Position numbers and translations under genes: made by a program
Assembly: GCA_963663865.1 (NCBI GenBank)
Contig: OY760686.1
Span: forward strand, 2,528,001 to 2,592,000
Direction: 5' to 3'
Origin: Spirochaetota bacterium
GTDB taxonomy: Bacteria; Spirochaetota; UBA4802; UBA5550
DNA: 64,000 nt
The notes under the pieces: model-generated
Database searches by the model: none
What the model saw: the letters and a program-made list of their open reading frames with translations, nothing else
What the model was told of the DNA's origin: nothing
Shown here: positions 20,375 to 30,238 of the stretch, one piece after another
Layout: each line of letters begins with the position of its first letter
How positions within the stretch are numbered: position 1 is the stretch's first letter

Positions 20375-20749
20375 ATGGGCGAAAAGAGAAAACACAGACG
20401 CTACGAGTGCTCAATAAAGGCGGAATTCCGATTCTATGAAGGAAATCCTGACGATGTTGAGTATGATCAAAACTCGTTTTCGTCAGGCAAAGGAACAATC
20501 ATGGATGTCAGCAGCGGCGGGCTTTTCATTGTCACCAATTCCAAAGTCAACATAAACTCCCCTGTGTCGCTTTCCTTCAAGTCAAAGAGAGGATGGCACG
20601 ATCTAGAAGGCCGGGTTGTCAGGACAGGGCTCATGAAGAACAACCCGACTGAACTTGCCGTAAAGTACTCACACTGCGCTGGAAAAGGTGAAGCCTATCT
20701 GGCGGTTGAATTTGACAGCGAATGCCCGGATTTTACGGATGGATGCTGA
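20375..20749 (+). CDS. PilZ-domain protein
   Basis: RKHRR (RxxxR) and DVSSGG (DxSxxG) c-di-GMP motifs; ATG 20375 after GGAGGAG. Confidence 0.8.
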   Translation: MGEKRKHRRYECSIKAEFRFYEGNPDDVEYDQNSFSSGKGTIMDVSSGGLFIVTNSKVNINSPVSLSFKSKRGWHDLEGRVVRTGLMKNNPTELAVKYSHCAGKGEAYLAVEFDSECPDFTDGC

Positions 20750-21600
20750 TGAAGCAGAAGATTCTCAGGATTACAGATATATCAGAAATCGACACCTCCA
20801 GAGTGTCAGTTTTTGACATGAACAACAGATATATTGACGGCCGAGGAAACATATACGGCCTTAAGTTCAACCGTCTTACGAAGAAGATTGAGGTCATCAA
20901 GCTTATACGCACCCATACGGATGAGGCCCAATTCGTTCAGCATAGAATAATCCAGAAAAAGATTAAAACCCAGCAAATCCAGGAAAAGGAACAGTCCGAG
21001 TGGCACAATGATGACACCGAAGACATTCCAGCAACGGCCTTCAGCCCAAGAGACGCGGTTGAAAGAATTATTTCACTTATAGGCCCCCACAGGGAACGCC
21101 TTAAAGGGATAATAATGAACATCAAAAACTCAAACGCTTTTACCAGGGACAACAAGACAGAAAGCATTGAGCTCGATAATATATTCAGAAATCTTGACAT
21201 TGACGGTATTCAGCAATTTGAAAAAATAGAAAACTACCACCGTGAACTCACCGGATATCCCAGATCCATAACCTACTATATGGCCAAGCTTGATCCCAGA
21301 TCAAGGGACATAGTCGACTCAATGGGTACAGAATCCGACAGGGTTATGAGGTATATTTTTTTCTACGAGATGAACAACTCAATCACGGCCATGTACAGAA
21401 ACCTGAAAAAAATTCTCGTCAACCTGACAGAGTTTCTCAGCACAAAGGATATTGAATCCATGAAAAATCTCACTTCCTTTGAAAAACAGTCCTTCGAAGA
21501 TGCAAATACTTCCATCGAGAACACCCTTCTTGAAATTGACGATGTACTTGACAGCCTCCTCCCAATGGATGACTTTCTGCACAACCCGGAAAACCTGTGA
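20749..21600 (+). CDS. Hypothetical cytoplasmic protein
   Basis: Long ORF coupled to the PilZ gene (TGATG overlap); helical C-terminal part. Confidence 0.7.
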   Translation: MKQKILRITDISEIDTSRVSVFDMNNRYIDGRGNIYGLKFNRLTKKIEVIKLIRTHTDEAQFVQHRIIQKKIKTQQIQEKEQSEWHNDDTEDIPATAFSPRDAVERIISLIGPHRERLKGIIMNIKNSNAFTRDNKTESIELDNIFRNLDIDGIQQFEKIENYHRELTGYPRSITYYMAKLDPRSRDIVDSMGTESDRVMRYIFFYEMNNSITAMYRNLKKILVNLTEFLSTKDIESMKNLTSFEKQSFEDANTSIENTLLEIDDVLDSLLPMDDFLHNPENL

Positions 21601-21662
21601 TTCAGGAAATTTAGAACAATTCAGCCGGGCTTTCTAATTATGGCCCCGAACCGGAAACTGTT

Positions 21663-24600
21663 ATGATTTTCAAAAACCTTATTGATGAATTCTGTTCCAG
21701 CGGTGAATTCGCACAACTTCTTCCGTACATGGAAAAAGGAGAGCCTTTATCAGTTGAGGGCATCCCCTCATCTTCGTTCGCCTTGATTATTGCATCTATT
21801 TACAGAACCAGCGGCAGCCAGATGTTAATCGTCACAGAAAACAGCACGACACTTGAAGAGCTTCAGCAGGACCTTGCCTGTTTTGTGGACGATCAGGATA
21901 TCATCGCTCTTCCCGGCTGGGACACCCTGCCCTACGAAGATGTCTCTCCTCCGGAAAGAATACAGAGGCAGCGTCTCACATCAATCTACAGACTCATTGC
22001 GGGCGATAACGGAATAGTGATAGCAACGGTAGAATCGCTCATTCGGCTCATCCCTGAAAAGAACTTTTTCACAAACCGCGGACTCACCCTGAAAATGGGC
22101 GAAGAGATACCCTTCGACGACCTCATAGAAACAATCGCGGAATACGGCTTCTCACGCGAACACAAAGTCGAAGAGTATGGACAATTCTCTGTAAAGGGCG
22201 GAATTGTTGATGTTTTTCTGCCCTCAAGGGACAGGCCTGTGCGTCTTGATTTCTTCGGAGATACAGTCGAGTCAATCCGGGAATTCGATCCTGTTTCACA
22301 GATATCCGGAGATTCGCTTTCGTCAGTGACTTTCTATCCGAGGCATGAGATATCACTGCTCCCGTCTGAAAAAGAAACCATTGCGCGATGGATAAAAACA
22401 TCCGGATCGTCGGAAAAGATCGCAGCAGCCGAAAGCTTCATAAACGGTACAATTGAACATCTTCCTGGGATTGAAGATATCTTTCCGCTGGCCGTTGAGC
22501 CAGCACCCGTTCACACACTGCTGAAGAATGACGCTTATATCATACTAACAGACCCCACAGGCCTCAACACAAAACGTAATCAGATAGAAAAAACCTACAC
22601 CGAGCTTTTCTCACGAAAGCATGAATCCGATTCGTGCCTGCCGCCCGAAAAGCTGATCGACGGTTCAATTCTGGACTTAATTTCATCAAATGCTCTCCGT
22701 TTACAGACCATGACGACAAATCCCGGCGCACTTCACTGGGGCTTTAAGGGACTACAAAACTATCACGGCAAGGTTCCTGCTGTCAGAGACGAGATATCAA
22801 AGCGTATTGATGAAGGATGGAAGGCCGTTGTTTCAACGGCCTTCGAAGGCCAGGCCCGGAGACTTGCCGACATGTTCGCAAAGCTTAACCCTGAACCGGG
22901 CTTCTCTTCTTTACCCGAAAGCTTCAAACTCAGAATTGTTATCTCCGGATTCAGAAACGGAATCGAAATAGCGTCAACCCGTACAGTAATCTTTACTGAC
23001 AACGATATATTCGGCAGAAGCTACAGAAAAAAAGCTTCCTTTAAAAAAAAGGCTTCCAGGCCAATCGAATCATTTCTCGACCTCAAGGAAGGCGACTACA
23101 TAGTTCACATCAATCACGGCATTGGAATATTCAACGGAATTGAGAGAATGGCCGCCGGAGGGGTTGAGCGGGACTTCCTCCTCATCAACTACGCAGACGG
23201 GGACAGACTTTTTGTATCGCTGGATCAGATCACAATGGTTCAGAAATATATCGGAATGGAAGGCCGCCCGCCGCGGATAGACGCTCTTGGTAAAAAATCA
23301 GCCTGGAATAAAATCAAAGACCGCGTCAAAGAGTCGGTTGAGATTATAGCAAAGGAGCTGATTGAGATATATTCTATGAGATCTGCTCTGCGGGGATATC
23401 AGTATCCACCGGACACTCTCTGGCAGGAAGAGTTTGAAGCCAGGTTCGAGTATGATGAAACTCCCGATCAGATAACAGCTATCGAAGACGTAAAGGATGA
23501 CATGGAAAGCCCAAAGCCCATGGACAGGCTCATCTGCGGCGATGTAGGTTTCGGTAAAACCGAGGTAGCCATAAGGGCGGCATTTAAGGCGGTTATGGCC
23601 GGTAGGCAAGTGGCGCTTCTGGTGCCAACTACGGTACTTGCGATGCAGCACTTTGCAACATTCAAAAAACGCTTCGCTGAATATCCCTTTGAAATTGAAA
23701 TGATTTCACGATTCAGAACAGCCTCTCAGATAAGGCAAATCAAGGAGAGACTCGCTGAAGGGAAAGTCGATATAGTTGTTGGAACCCATGCCATTCTTTC
23801 AAAGGATATGAACATAAAGAATCTCGGACTTCTTATAATTGACGAAGAGCAGAAATTCGGAGTCAGGCACAAGGAACACCTGAAAAAGCTGAGGGCTATG
23901 GTTGACGTTCTTACGCTTTCAGCCACGCCAATCCCGAGAACGCTGCATATGTCAATGGCGGGCATCAGGGACCTCTCAACAATATCGACCCCCCCGGAAA
24001 ACCGTCAGTCCATTGAGACTTACGTACTTGAAGATAATCCCGACATTCTTGCCCTTGCCATACGAACTGAAATTGAAAGAAGCGGCCAGGTATTCTTTGT
24101 TCATAACAGGGTAAACGACATTGATGAGTATGCGTCAATGATCCGCACCCTTGTTCCTGAAGCCTCTGTCTGTGTGGCTCACGGCCAGATGCATGAGCAC
24201 GAGCTTGAAGAGATAATGATAGACTTCATGAACAGAAAGTACGATGTCCTTGTAAGTACTACTATAATTGAATCCGGCCTCGACATACCGAATGTCAATA
24301 CCATCATCATTAACAGAGCCGATACTCTCGGCCTTTCCCAGCTCTATCAGCTCAAAGGGCGCGTCGGCCGTTCTTCAAGAAAGTCATTCGCGTACCTGTT
24401 TCACCCGAGGCATATCGCTCTTACTGAAGATGCCCAGAAAAGACTTCAGGTAATCTCCGAATTCTCTGAGCTGGGCAGCGGTCTAAAGGTGGCAATGCGC
24501 GATCTTGAGATAAGAGGCGCGGGAAATATTCTCGGAAAAGAACAGTCCGGAGACATTATGGAAGTAGGCTTTGATCTCTACTGTCAGATGCTTGAGGATT

Positions 24601-25076
24601 CAGTAAAGCGGCTTAAAGGCGAAAAGCCTGTCTTCGCTCACCGAACCAACCTTTTCATACGGATGGACTTCTTTATACCTGAAGACTATATCAGCGACGA
24701 AAGACAGAAAATTGAATTTTACAAGAGATTCGAATCCTGTTCAACCTCAGAAGAGGTTGACATGCTTGAAAAAGAGCTTAAAGACAGGTTCGGCGCTCCT
24801 CATGGCCAGGTGCTCAATCTGATTGAGTTTGAACGAATTCGAGCTGCGGCATCAGAGCTTTTCATAGACGAAATCATTGAGGATTCAAGAAGTATCAGAA
24901 TCAGAATATCGTCGCACGCAAAAATTAACAGTTCAAAGCTTATCGAAATCATTTCTAAAGACAGCCGATTTAGCCCAGACATGTCGGATTCAACAATACT
25001 TCATTTCAGACCTGGAACAGATGAGACCCAAAAAAAGCTTATCGAGTTAAAAAAGTGGTTGCAACAAATATCCTGA
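21663..25076 (+). CDS. mfd: Transcription-repair coupling factor
   Basis: UvrB-homology N-terminus, CarD-like VHINHGIG, CGDVGFGKTE, DEEQKFG, SATPIPRTL, QLKGRVGRS, TRCF C-terminus. Confidence 0.97.
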   Translation: MIFKNLIDEFCSSGEFAQLLPYMEKGEPLSVEGIPSSSFALIIASIYRTSGSQMLIVTENSTTLEELQQDLACFVDDQDIIALPGWDTLPYEDVSPPERIQRQRLTSIYRLIAGDNGIVIATVESLIRLIPEKNFFTNRGLTLKMGEEIPFDDLIETIAEYGFSREHKVEEYGQFSVKGGIVDVFLPSRDRPVRLDFFGDTVESIREFDPVSQISGDSLSSVTFYPRHEISLLPSEKETIARWIKTSGSSEKIAAAESFINGTIEHLPGIEDIFPLAVEPAPVHTLLKNDAYIILTDPTGLNTKRNQIEKTYTELFSRKHESDSCLPPEKLIDGSILDLISSNALRLQTMTTNPGALHWGFKGLQNYHGKVPAVRDEISKRIDEGWKAVVSTAFEGQARRLADMFAKLNPEPGFSSLPESFKLRIVISGFRNGIEIASTRTVIFTDNDIFGRSYRKKASFKKKASRPIESFLDLKEGDYIVHINHGIGIFNGIERMAAGGVERDFLLINYADGDRLFVSLDQITMVQKYIGMEGRPPRIDALGKKSAWNKIKDRVKESVEIIAKELIEIYSMRSALRGYQYPPDTLWQEEFEARFEYDETPDQITAIEDVKDDMESPKPMDRLICGDVGFGKTEVAIRAAFKAVMAGRQVALLVPTTVLAMQHFATFKKRFAEYPFEIEMISRFRTASQIRQIKERLAEGKVDIVVGTHAILSKDMNIKNLGLLIIDEEQKFGVRHKEHLKKLRAMVDVLTLSATPIPRTLHMSMAGIRDLSTISTPPENRQSIETYVLEDNPDILALAIRTEIERSGQVFFVHNRVNDIDEYASMIRTLVPEASVCVAHGQMHEHELEEIMIDFMNRKYDVLVSTTIIESGLDIPNVNTIIINRADTLGLSQLYQLKGRVGRSSRKSFAYLFHPRHIALTEDAQKRLQVISEFSELGSGLKVAMRDLEIRGAGNILGKEQSGDIMEVGFDLYCQMLEDSVKRLKGEKPVFAHRTNLFIRMDFFIPEDYISDERQKIEFYKRFESCSTSEEVDMLEKELKDRFGAPHGQVLNLIEFERIRAAASELFIDEIIEDSRSIRIRISSHAKINSSKLIEIISKDSRFSPDMSDSTILHFRPGTDETQKKLIELKKWLQQIS

Positions 25077-25156
25077 TGGCTTAGAGAACCGAAAGATACA
25101 GTCTTAAGGCATAAACTGCCTGACTCATAAAAACAATCAATTACAGGACCTACAAA

Positions 25157-25867
25157 ATGAAAAAAATATCCTTTCTATTCATCGCTGTTCTTACGGCATC
25201 AGTTTTCGGATGCAGCCAGTTCTCCGGAGAATGGGCAGCCAAGGTTGACGGCGAAAAAATAACCTTAGATGAATTCAACAGTCTTTACTACACTCAGAAC
25301 AAAATTATGTTTAACCTTCAGACAAACGATCAGGTTGATAAGATGGCAGAACAGGCTGGAATGATGAATCCGCAGGTTCAGCAGATGCTTAACAAGAACA
25401 GCTTTCTTGATCAGATGATTGCCCAGAAGCTCATCTACACAAAGGCCCTTAACGATGACTCAATTGACCAGAAAGAGCTAAAAACCCTGGTTGAATTCAC
25501 CAAAATGCAAACTGTAGCCTCTTACTACCTCGGCCAGAAGCTGAAGGATCAGGTAACTGTGAACGAGCAGGAAATTGAGAAGTTCTACAATGAAAACAGA
25601 CAGTATTTCAGGGGAGTTCCTCTAAATAACGAGGTAGTTGAAAGAATAAGACAGCAGATACTCATGCAGAAGTCTAAAATGCTTTCAAATGAATATGTTA
25701 TGAACCTTGTTGCTGAAGCCAAGGTTGACAGATCCGGACTAACAAAGCACCTGAAAGAAAAAAACGCTCCTGAGAAGAAAGACGAAGCAAAAAAAGAGGA
25801 TGTTAAAACAATCTCTCCTGAAAACAAAGCTCCCGAAGCCAAACCGGAAGCTGCTGAAAAAAAATAG
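25157..25867 (+). CDS. LipL31-like / SurA N-domain-like lipoprotein
   Basis: Lipobox VFGC; AKVDGEKIT..EF; V...EI..FY.EN; directly downstream of mfd; Lys/Glu/Pro tail. Confidence 0.65.
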   Translation: MKKISFLFIAVLTASVFGCSQFSGEWAAKVDGEKITLDEFNSLYYTQNKIMFNLQTNDQVDKMAEQAGMMNPQVQQMLNKNSFLDQMIAQKLIYTKALNDDSIDQKELKTLVEFTKMQTVASYYLGQKLKDQVTVNEQEIEKFYNENRQYFRGVPLNNEVVERIRQQILMQKSKMLSNEYVMNLVAEAKVDRSGLTKHLKEKNAPEKKDEAKKEDVKTISPENKAPEAKPEAAEKK

Positions 25868-25891
25868 CTACTTTCAGCTGATGGACAATTC

Positions 25892-25918
25892 AAAGGCCGT
25901 GTTAATTCACGGCCTTTT
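25892..25918. terminator. Bidirectional terminator
   Basis: AAAGGCCGTG-TTAATT-CACGGCCTTTT between convergent genes. Confidence 0.8.
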
Positions 25919-25945
25919 ATCATTAATGCTGACACAGCCTGCTGT

Positions 25946-26671
25946 CTATCTCCTTCTCAATCCAGGATCCATCATCAGCCCTGACGCCTCTTTAAACATG
26001 CCGGCCGCTCCATATGCCTTCACCAGCTCTGTTCTTGTATGTCTGCTCTCCCGATCCATCCGGTATGCTCTTTCAAGATAAGGAACAGCTTTCCGCGGAT
26101 TTCCGCTTCGTGAAAGAGATGTACCAAGATGATACAGAACATCAGCATCCGGGCCTTCGTATTCAAGAAGCCGACTGAATACAATGGCTGCTTTACTGTA
26201 TTCCGAAAGCTTAAACAGAGAAAGCGCGTGATAGCGTCTTACTTCCGAATAATTCAAATTACTGCCCACAGAAGCTATTGATACAACGTCATCATAATAG
26301 CCCCTTGCATAAAGAGCGCTGACCAGCTTCAACATATTCGGCCTGTCAAGTTCGCCCGCAAGGGCAAGCGGACCAATAAGCGACAGGCCTTCACTGATCA
26401 ACCCGGCATCAATTAAGGCAATTCCGCCTGCTGTTAAAACAAGAGCATTGCCGGGATAAGCAGCATTAGCTCTTTGAACAGCCGTCTTCAACTTTCCGGC
26501 GTCGCCCGTTTGAGCGGCATTTTTGATTCTGCCAGCCGCATCCCCGGGACTCTCCTTCATAAGCGCCTTGTAATATGCAGCCATGTAAAAACCGTAAATC
26601 TTTTCACTGTTGAAATACGACAGCCCGGAGACAGCCGCGATCAGAATCAGGATGATAATCCTTTTTGTCAT
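25946..26671 (-). CDS. TPR protein with N-terminal membrane anchor
   Basis: ATG 26671 after AGGAG; TM helix; TPR motifs (VLYHLGTSL..G..KAVPYLERAY). Confidence 0.75.
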   Translation of the reverse strand: MTKRIIILILIAAVSGLSYFNSEKIYGFYMAAYYKALMKESPGDAAGRIKNAAQTGDAGKLKTAVQRANAAYPGNALVLTAGGIALIDAGLISEGLSLIGPLALAGELDRPNMLKLVSALYARGYYDDVVSIASVGSNLNYSEVRRYHALSLFKLSEYSKAAIVFSRLLEYEGPDADVLYHLGTSLSRSGNPRKAVPYLERAYRMDRESRHTRTELVKAYGAAGMFKEASGLMMDPGLRRR

Positions 26672-26906
26672 CAAAATCTCCTGGAGAGCTTTCTTATAGT
26701 ACAGCCATTGATCGCAGTTTATATCAAATCTCAAACATTGCTGAAATCTCAATATAAACCAGCGTGACGATAGCTCTATAATCAGCGATATTATAATCCA
26801 TTTCAACAATTAATTCTTGAAATATATCAGTACGGCTGATTGATTAACAATTAGCGCCTGAACAGGATGTTTTTTCAGGCAATTACTTCTATGAACGGCG
26901 GAAAAA

Positions 26907-27506
26907 ATGAGATTCAATATAGTGATTTCTTCTCTTGCATTTTTTTTAGCGCTGGCCACCGCGGGCCACGCGTTAACGGTTGAGGAAGCTATTTCCCGTT
27001 TCCAGGGCAGGATGTACAGCGCGGGCAGGCTTCAGGGAACAATTTCCTGGACTTCATCAAGCGGAGCAGCTTATTCTGGCGAATTCAAATACATGAGTCC
27101 CGGCATGATAAACGTCAAGTTTACAAGTCCTTCCGGCAAATCGGTTGTGTGCAACGGCAAAAAGCTCTGGATATATGACAACGGCTCAAATATCTGCGGA
27201 GTACAGGATGTCGGTGGCGTGTCGGGCGGAATCGCCGGGATTGTAAACGGATACAGCGGCATAGCAACCGGCGGCGGAGGCGGATACACCCTGAAGTTAA
27301 AGTCCGAAAGCAAGGCATATCCCGAAATTGTACTTAATCTGGATTCAACATTTATGCTCAAGAGGGCAACATTCAAGGACAGATCGGGAAACAGCACATC
27401 ATTCACTCTGACAGTCAGAGATGGCGGCTCTGTTTTCCCGGGAATGTTCAACTTTGCGATTCCTTCAAACGCCCAGGTAATCAACAATCCGCTTGATATC
27501 AGGTAA
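26907..27506 (+). CDS. lolA: Outer-membrane lipoprotein carrier LolA family protein
   Basis: Signal peptide; G.FKY..PG.I..F..P..VCNGKKLWIY; F.F.IP.NAQVI C-terminus. Confidence 0.8.
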   Translation: MRFNIVISSLAFFLALATAGHALTVEEAISRFQGRMYSAGRLQGTISWTSSSGAAYSGEFKYMSPGMINVKFTSPSGKSVVCNGKKLWIYDNGSNICGVQDVGGVSGGIAGIVNGYSGIATGGGGGYTLKLKSESKAYPEIVLNLDSTFMLKRATFKDRSGNSTSFTLTVRDGGSVFPGMFNFAIPSNAQVINNPLDIR

Positions 27507-27512
27507 AAAACG

Positions 27513-28130
27513 TTGAAAAATAAATTACAGACAGCCGCGCTTCTCATATTGCTCACCTCACAGCCTCTCCTGTCACAGAGAGGTGAGCTCGCCAGTGAGA
27601 GCAGCCTCTTTTATACCTTTATAGGTCCAGTTGTCTCCGCGGGATACGGCGGCGTCAAGGAAAGATACTGGGACGGCGCGGCAAACCTTTACTCAGAAAG
27701 GAAGAACTCCGGGCCTCTATTCGGGGGGGGATGCAGCTTTTCTCTAATCGCGGACAGCTTTGCGGGAAATTTTCGAGCTGAATACCTTTACAACACCGGC
27801 GGAGATGGTCCCGTAACACACAACCAGCTTTCAATGAACGTAAGCTATATCCACGCATTCAACAAGACTTTATCGCTTGGGATCGGAGCCGGGCTGTATC
27901 TCGAAACACCTCCTTCAACCGGGGACTATGCTTCCACTGCGGGATTCCTACTGCCCGCCACAGTATATATTACTACCGGTTTTGACACACTACTATTTGC
28001 CGAAATTTGCGGGAAATACGGCTACTTCAACGGCAGCGAAGAAACGCCAGCAACTTCCATCACAGACAATCCCTACCGCTACTCCGCTTCCATATCATTA
28101 GGATTTCTTTTAAAAATAGGCCGCATCTAA
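27513..28130 (+). CDS. Putative small outer-membrane beta-barrel protein
   Basis: Signal peptide; alternating hydrophobic strands. Confidence 0.5.
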   Translation: MKNKLQTAALLILLTSQPLLSQRGELASESSLFYTFIGPVVSAGYGGVKERYWDGAANLYSERKNSGPLFGGGCSFSLIADSFAGNFRAEYLYNTGGDGPVTHNQLSMNVSYIHAFNKTLSLGIGAGLYLETPPSTGDYASTAGFLLPATVYITTGFDTLLFAEICGKYGYFNGSEETPATSITDNPYRYSASISLGFLLKIGRI

Positions 28131-28188
28131 TTTTTCACCTTTCCGCCGTGCCATCCGTATTACCATCAAACAATGATGGTGGTACAAG

Positions 28189-30171
28189 ATGTCAGGTGGA
28201 TCAATCACAGCAACAGGCCCTGAAAGAGTAAAAAAGCATTCAGGCAAGGTTCTGCTTCCTTCAGCCGCACTTCTGCTCGCCTCAACCGGGACAACATTTG
28301 TTACCACGGGCTACTTTATATCATCATTCAGAGACATAGCTGCGGGCGCTATTTTACTATTGATGTCAATCCTCACCATAGCCGTGATAAGGACTGCGGT
28401 CAGCCGGCTTATATTTACAGGGTTTATAATTGCATTTTCAGCAGCATCGTTTATTTCTGCAAGGTCAGAAATTTTGCCCAACTCAATAATTGACAGCTAT
28501 CCTACTGAAGGGCTCATTCAGGATGTCTCCGCTAAACTAAACTCGTACAATATCACCGCCACCATTTTCCCTCAGGGCCATGAGAATGGAGGTATATGCG
28601 CCCTTATAACCTATACCGGCTCCTGCATTCCTGTTAACGGCGAAAGGTTCAGCTTCAGCGCCCGTATCAGAAAAATCAATAACACAAATAATTCTCCCGC
28701 TGAAATCATGCTCATGAGACGGGGGATATTCTTCCGCATTTACTGCAGCGACAGGGATATCAAGTTCCACCCTTCGGATGAATCTGCTCCGGTTGAGACT
28801 TTTCGCAATAAACTCCGCCTGCGGTTAGACTCGCTTTTCCGGGCCGATATAGCAAGCTTGCTGAAAGGTCTGTTTTTCGGCAATATATCGATAATTCAGC
28901 CGAAAATTGTACACAGGTACAGAATATGCGGCCTGATACATCTCCTGGCAGCGAGCGGGCTGCACGTCGGAATAGCCGCGGCCCTTCCTCTTCTGCTTCT
29001 GGGTTTTCTCGGCGCCGGGAAAAGAGCCATCCTAATTGGCGCTTCTCTGGCACTTACATTTTACGTGGCTATAACCGATTTACCCCCATCTCTTTTCAGG
29101 GCATATATTATGTTCTGCACCCATACCGCGCAGGTGCTTTTAGGACGCGAAGAAAATCCATTCAACTCCCTTTATCTCTCCGCGCTGGTGATAGTTCTAA
29201 TAAGACCTCAGGATATTTATTCACCGGGCTTCCACATGAGCGTTTCAGCGGTCTGGGGCATTCTGTTTTTTCAGCCCCGATACATGTCACTTATGAAATC
29301 ATTCCCTGCTTTCCTGGCATCCCCTCTCTCGGTAACCTTATCCGCACAGTTCCTTATCGTGCCAATAATTGCCCTAATTTTCGGTGAAATCAATCTCACA
29401 GGGATTTTTACCAACCTTCTAATGGTACCTCTTGTCACTCTATTGCTTGCACTCTCAGCATTCACTGTAGCGGCCTCCTCGATACTTCCGGTACTGGCAT
29501 CTATACTGGTAAAATCCGTTACATCATTGTATGAATTGTCTGACGGTATACTGGAGGTCCTATGCAGCGCGAAGGGTCATTTCAGTCTTTCGGGAGGGCT
29601 TCACCTCCTGATTCCTCAGATTCTTTTTATCACAGCAGCACTTTTAGCCGGAAAGCTCAGATTCTGTTCACGCTTACTGCTGGCAACCGGCATTTTTATA
29701 TCGATACTGATAACCTCAACAGCAAGCATAAACACAGAGCAAATGCCCCGGATATCAGGTAACGACGACAAAGCCGGGATTCTATATGTACGCGGCAAAA
29801 CGGCATACTACTCCGGCCCGCTTAAAGACTATTCATCTGCCCGTGAAATTGAAGACTTCTTCAGGTACTCCGGCTGTACGAGCATAGAGATTAATCTTGA
29901 AGACAGCAGCTTCAGCTCGATAAGCCAGGCGGCGAGACTCAGCTCAAGAATACCTGTAACGAGACTCATAGTTCCTCCGCAATATATTCCTGACAGAGGA
30001 GCAAAATCCGTCTTCAACTCGTTTATACGCTCCGGCACCATGATTGAATCTGCGGATAAAAGCAGTTTCCTGCAAGCCCGCAAAATAAGAAAAGCAGCCC
30101 GTATTTATATTGACTACTCTGAAGCAATTGACTATATGTATGGAATATTCAGATGGGATACGATTAACTAA
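28189..30171 (+). CDS. comEC: ComEC/Rec2 competence protein (DNA uptake channel)
   Basis: GLIHLLAASGLHVG, PPSLFRA, PGFHMS, NLLMVP; multiple TM helices. Confidence 0.85.
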   Translation: MSGGSITATGPERVKKHSGKVLLPSAALLLASTGTTFVTTGYFISSFRDIAAGAILLLMSILTIAVIRTAVSRLIFTGFIIAFSAASFISARSEILPNSIIDSYPTEGLIQDVSAKLNSYNITATIFPQGHENGGICALITYTGSCIPVNGERFSFSARIRKINNTNNSPAEIMLMRRGIFFRIYCSDRDIKFHPSDESAPVETFRNKLRLRLDSLFRADIASLLKGLFFGNISIIQPKIVHRYRICGLIHLLAASGLHVGIAAALPLLLLGFLGAGKRAILIGASLALTFYVAITDLPPSLFRAYIMFCTHTAQVLLGREENPFNSLYLSALVIVLIRPQDIYSPGFHMSVSAVWGILFFQPRYMSLMKSFPAFLASPLSVTLSAQFLIVPIIALIFGEINLTGIFTNLLMVPLVTLLLALSAFTVAASSILPVLASILVKSVTSLYELSDGILEVLCSAKGHFSLSGGLHLLIPQILFITAALLAGKLRFCSRLLLATGIFISILITSTASINTEQMPRISGNDDKAGILYVRGKTAYYSGPLKDYSSAREIEDFFRYSGCTSIEINLEDSSFSSISQAARLSSRIPVTRLIVPPQYIPDRGAKSVFNSFIRSGTMIESADKSSFLQARKIRKAARIYIDYSEAIDYMYGIFRWDTIN

Positions 30172-30238
30172 TTATCAGGACAACCGGATACTGTTCCGGT
30201 TCACTCAGCCGCGCAATCAGGAAATTATGCGAGGGATA

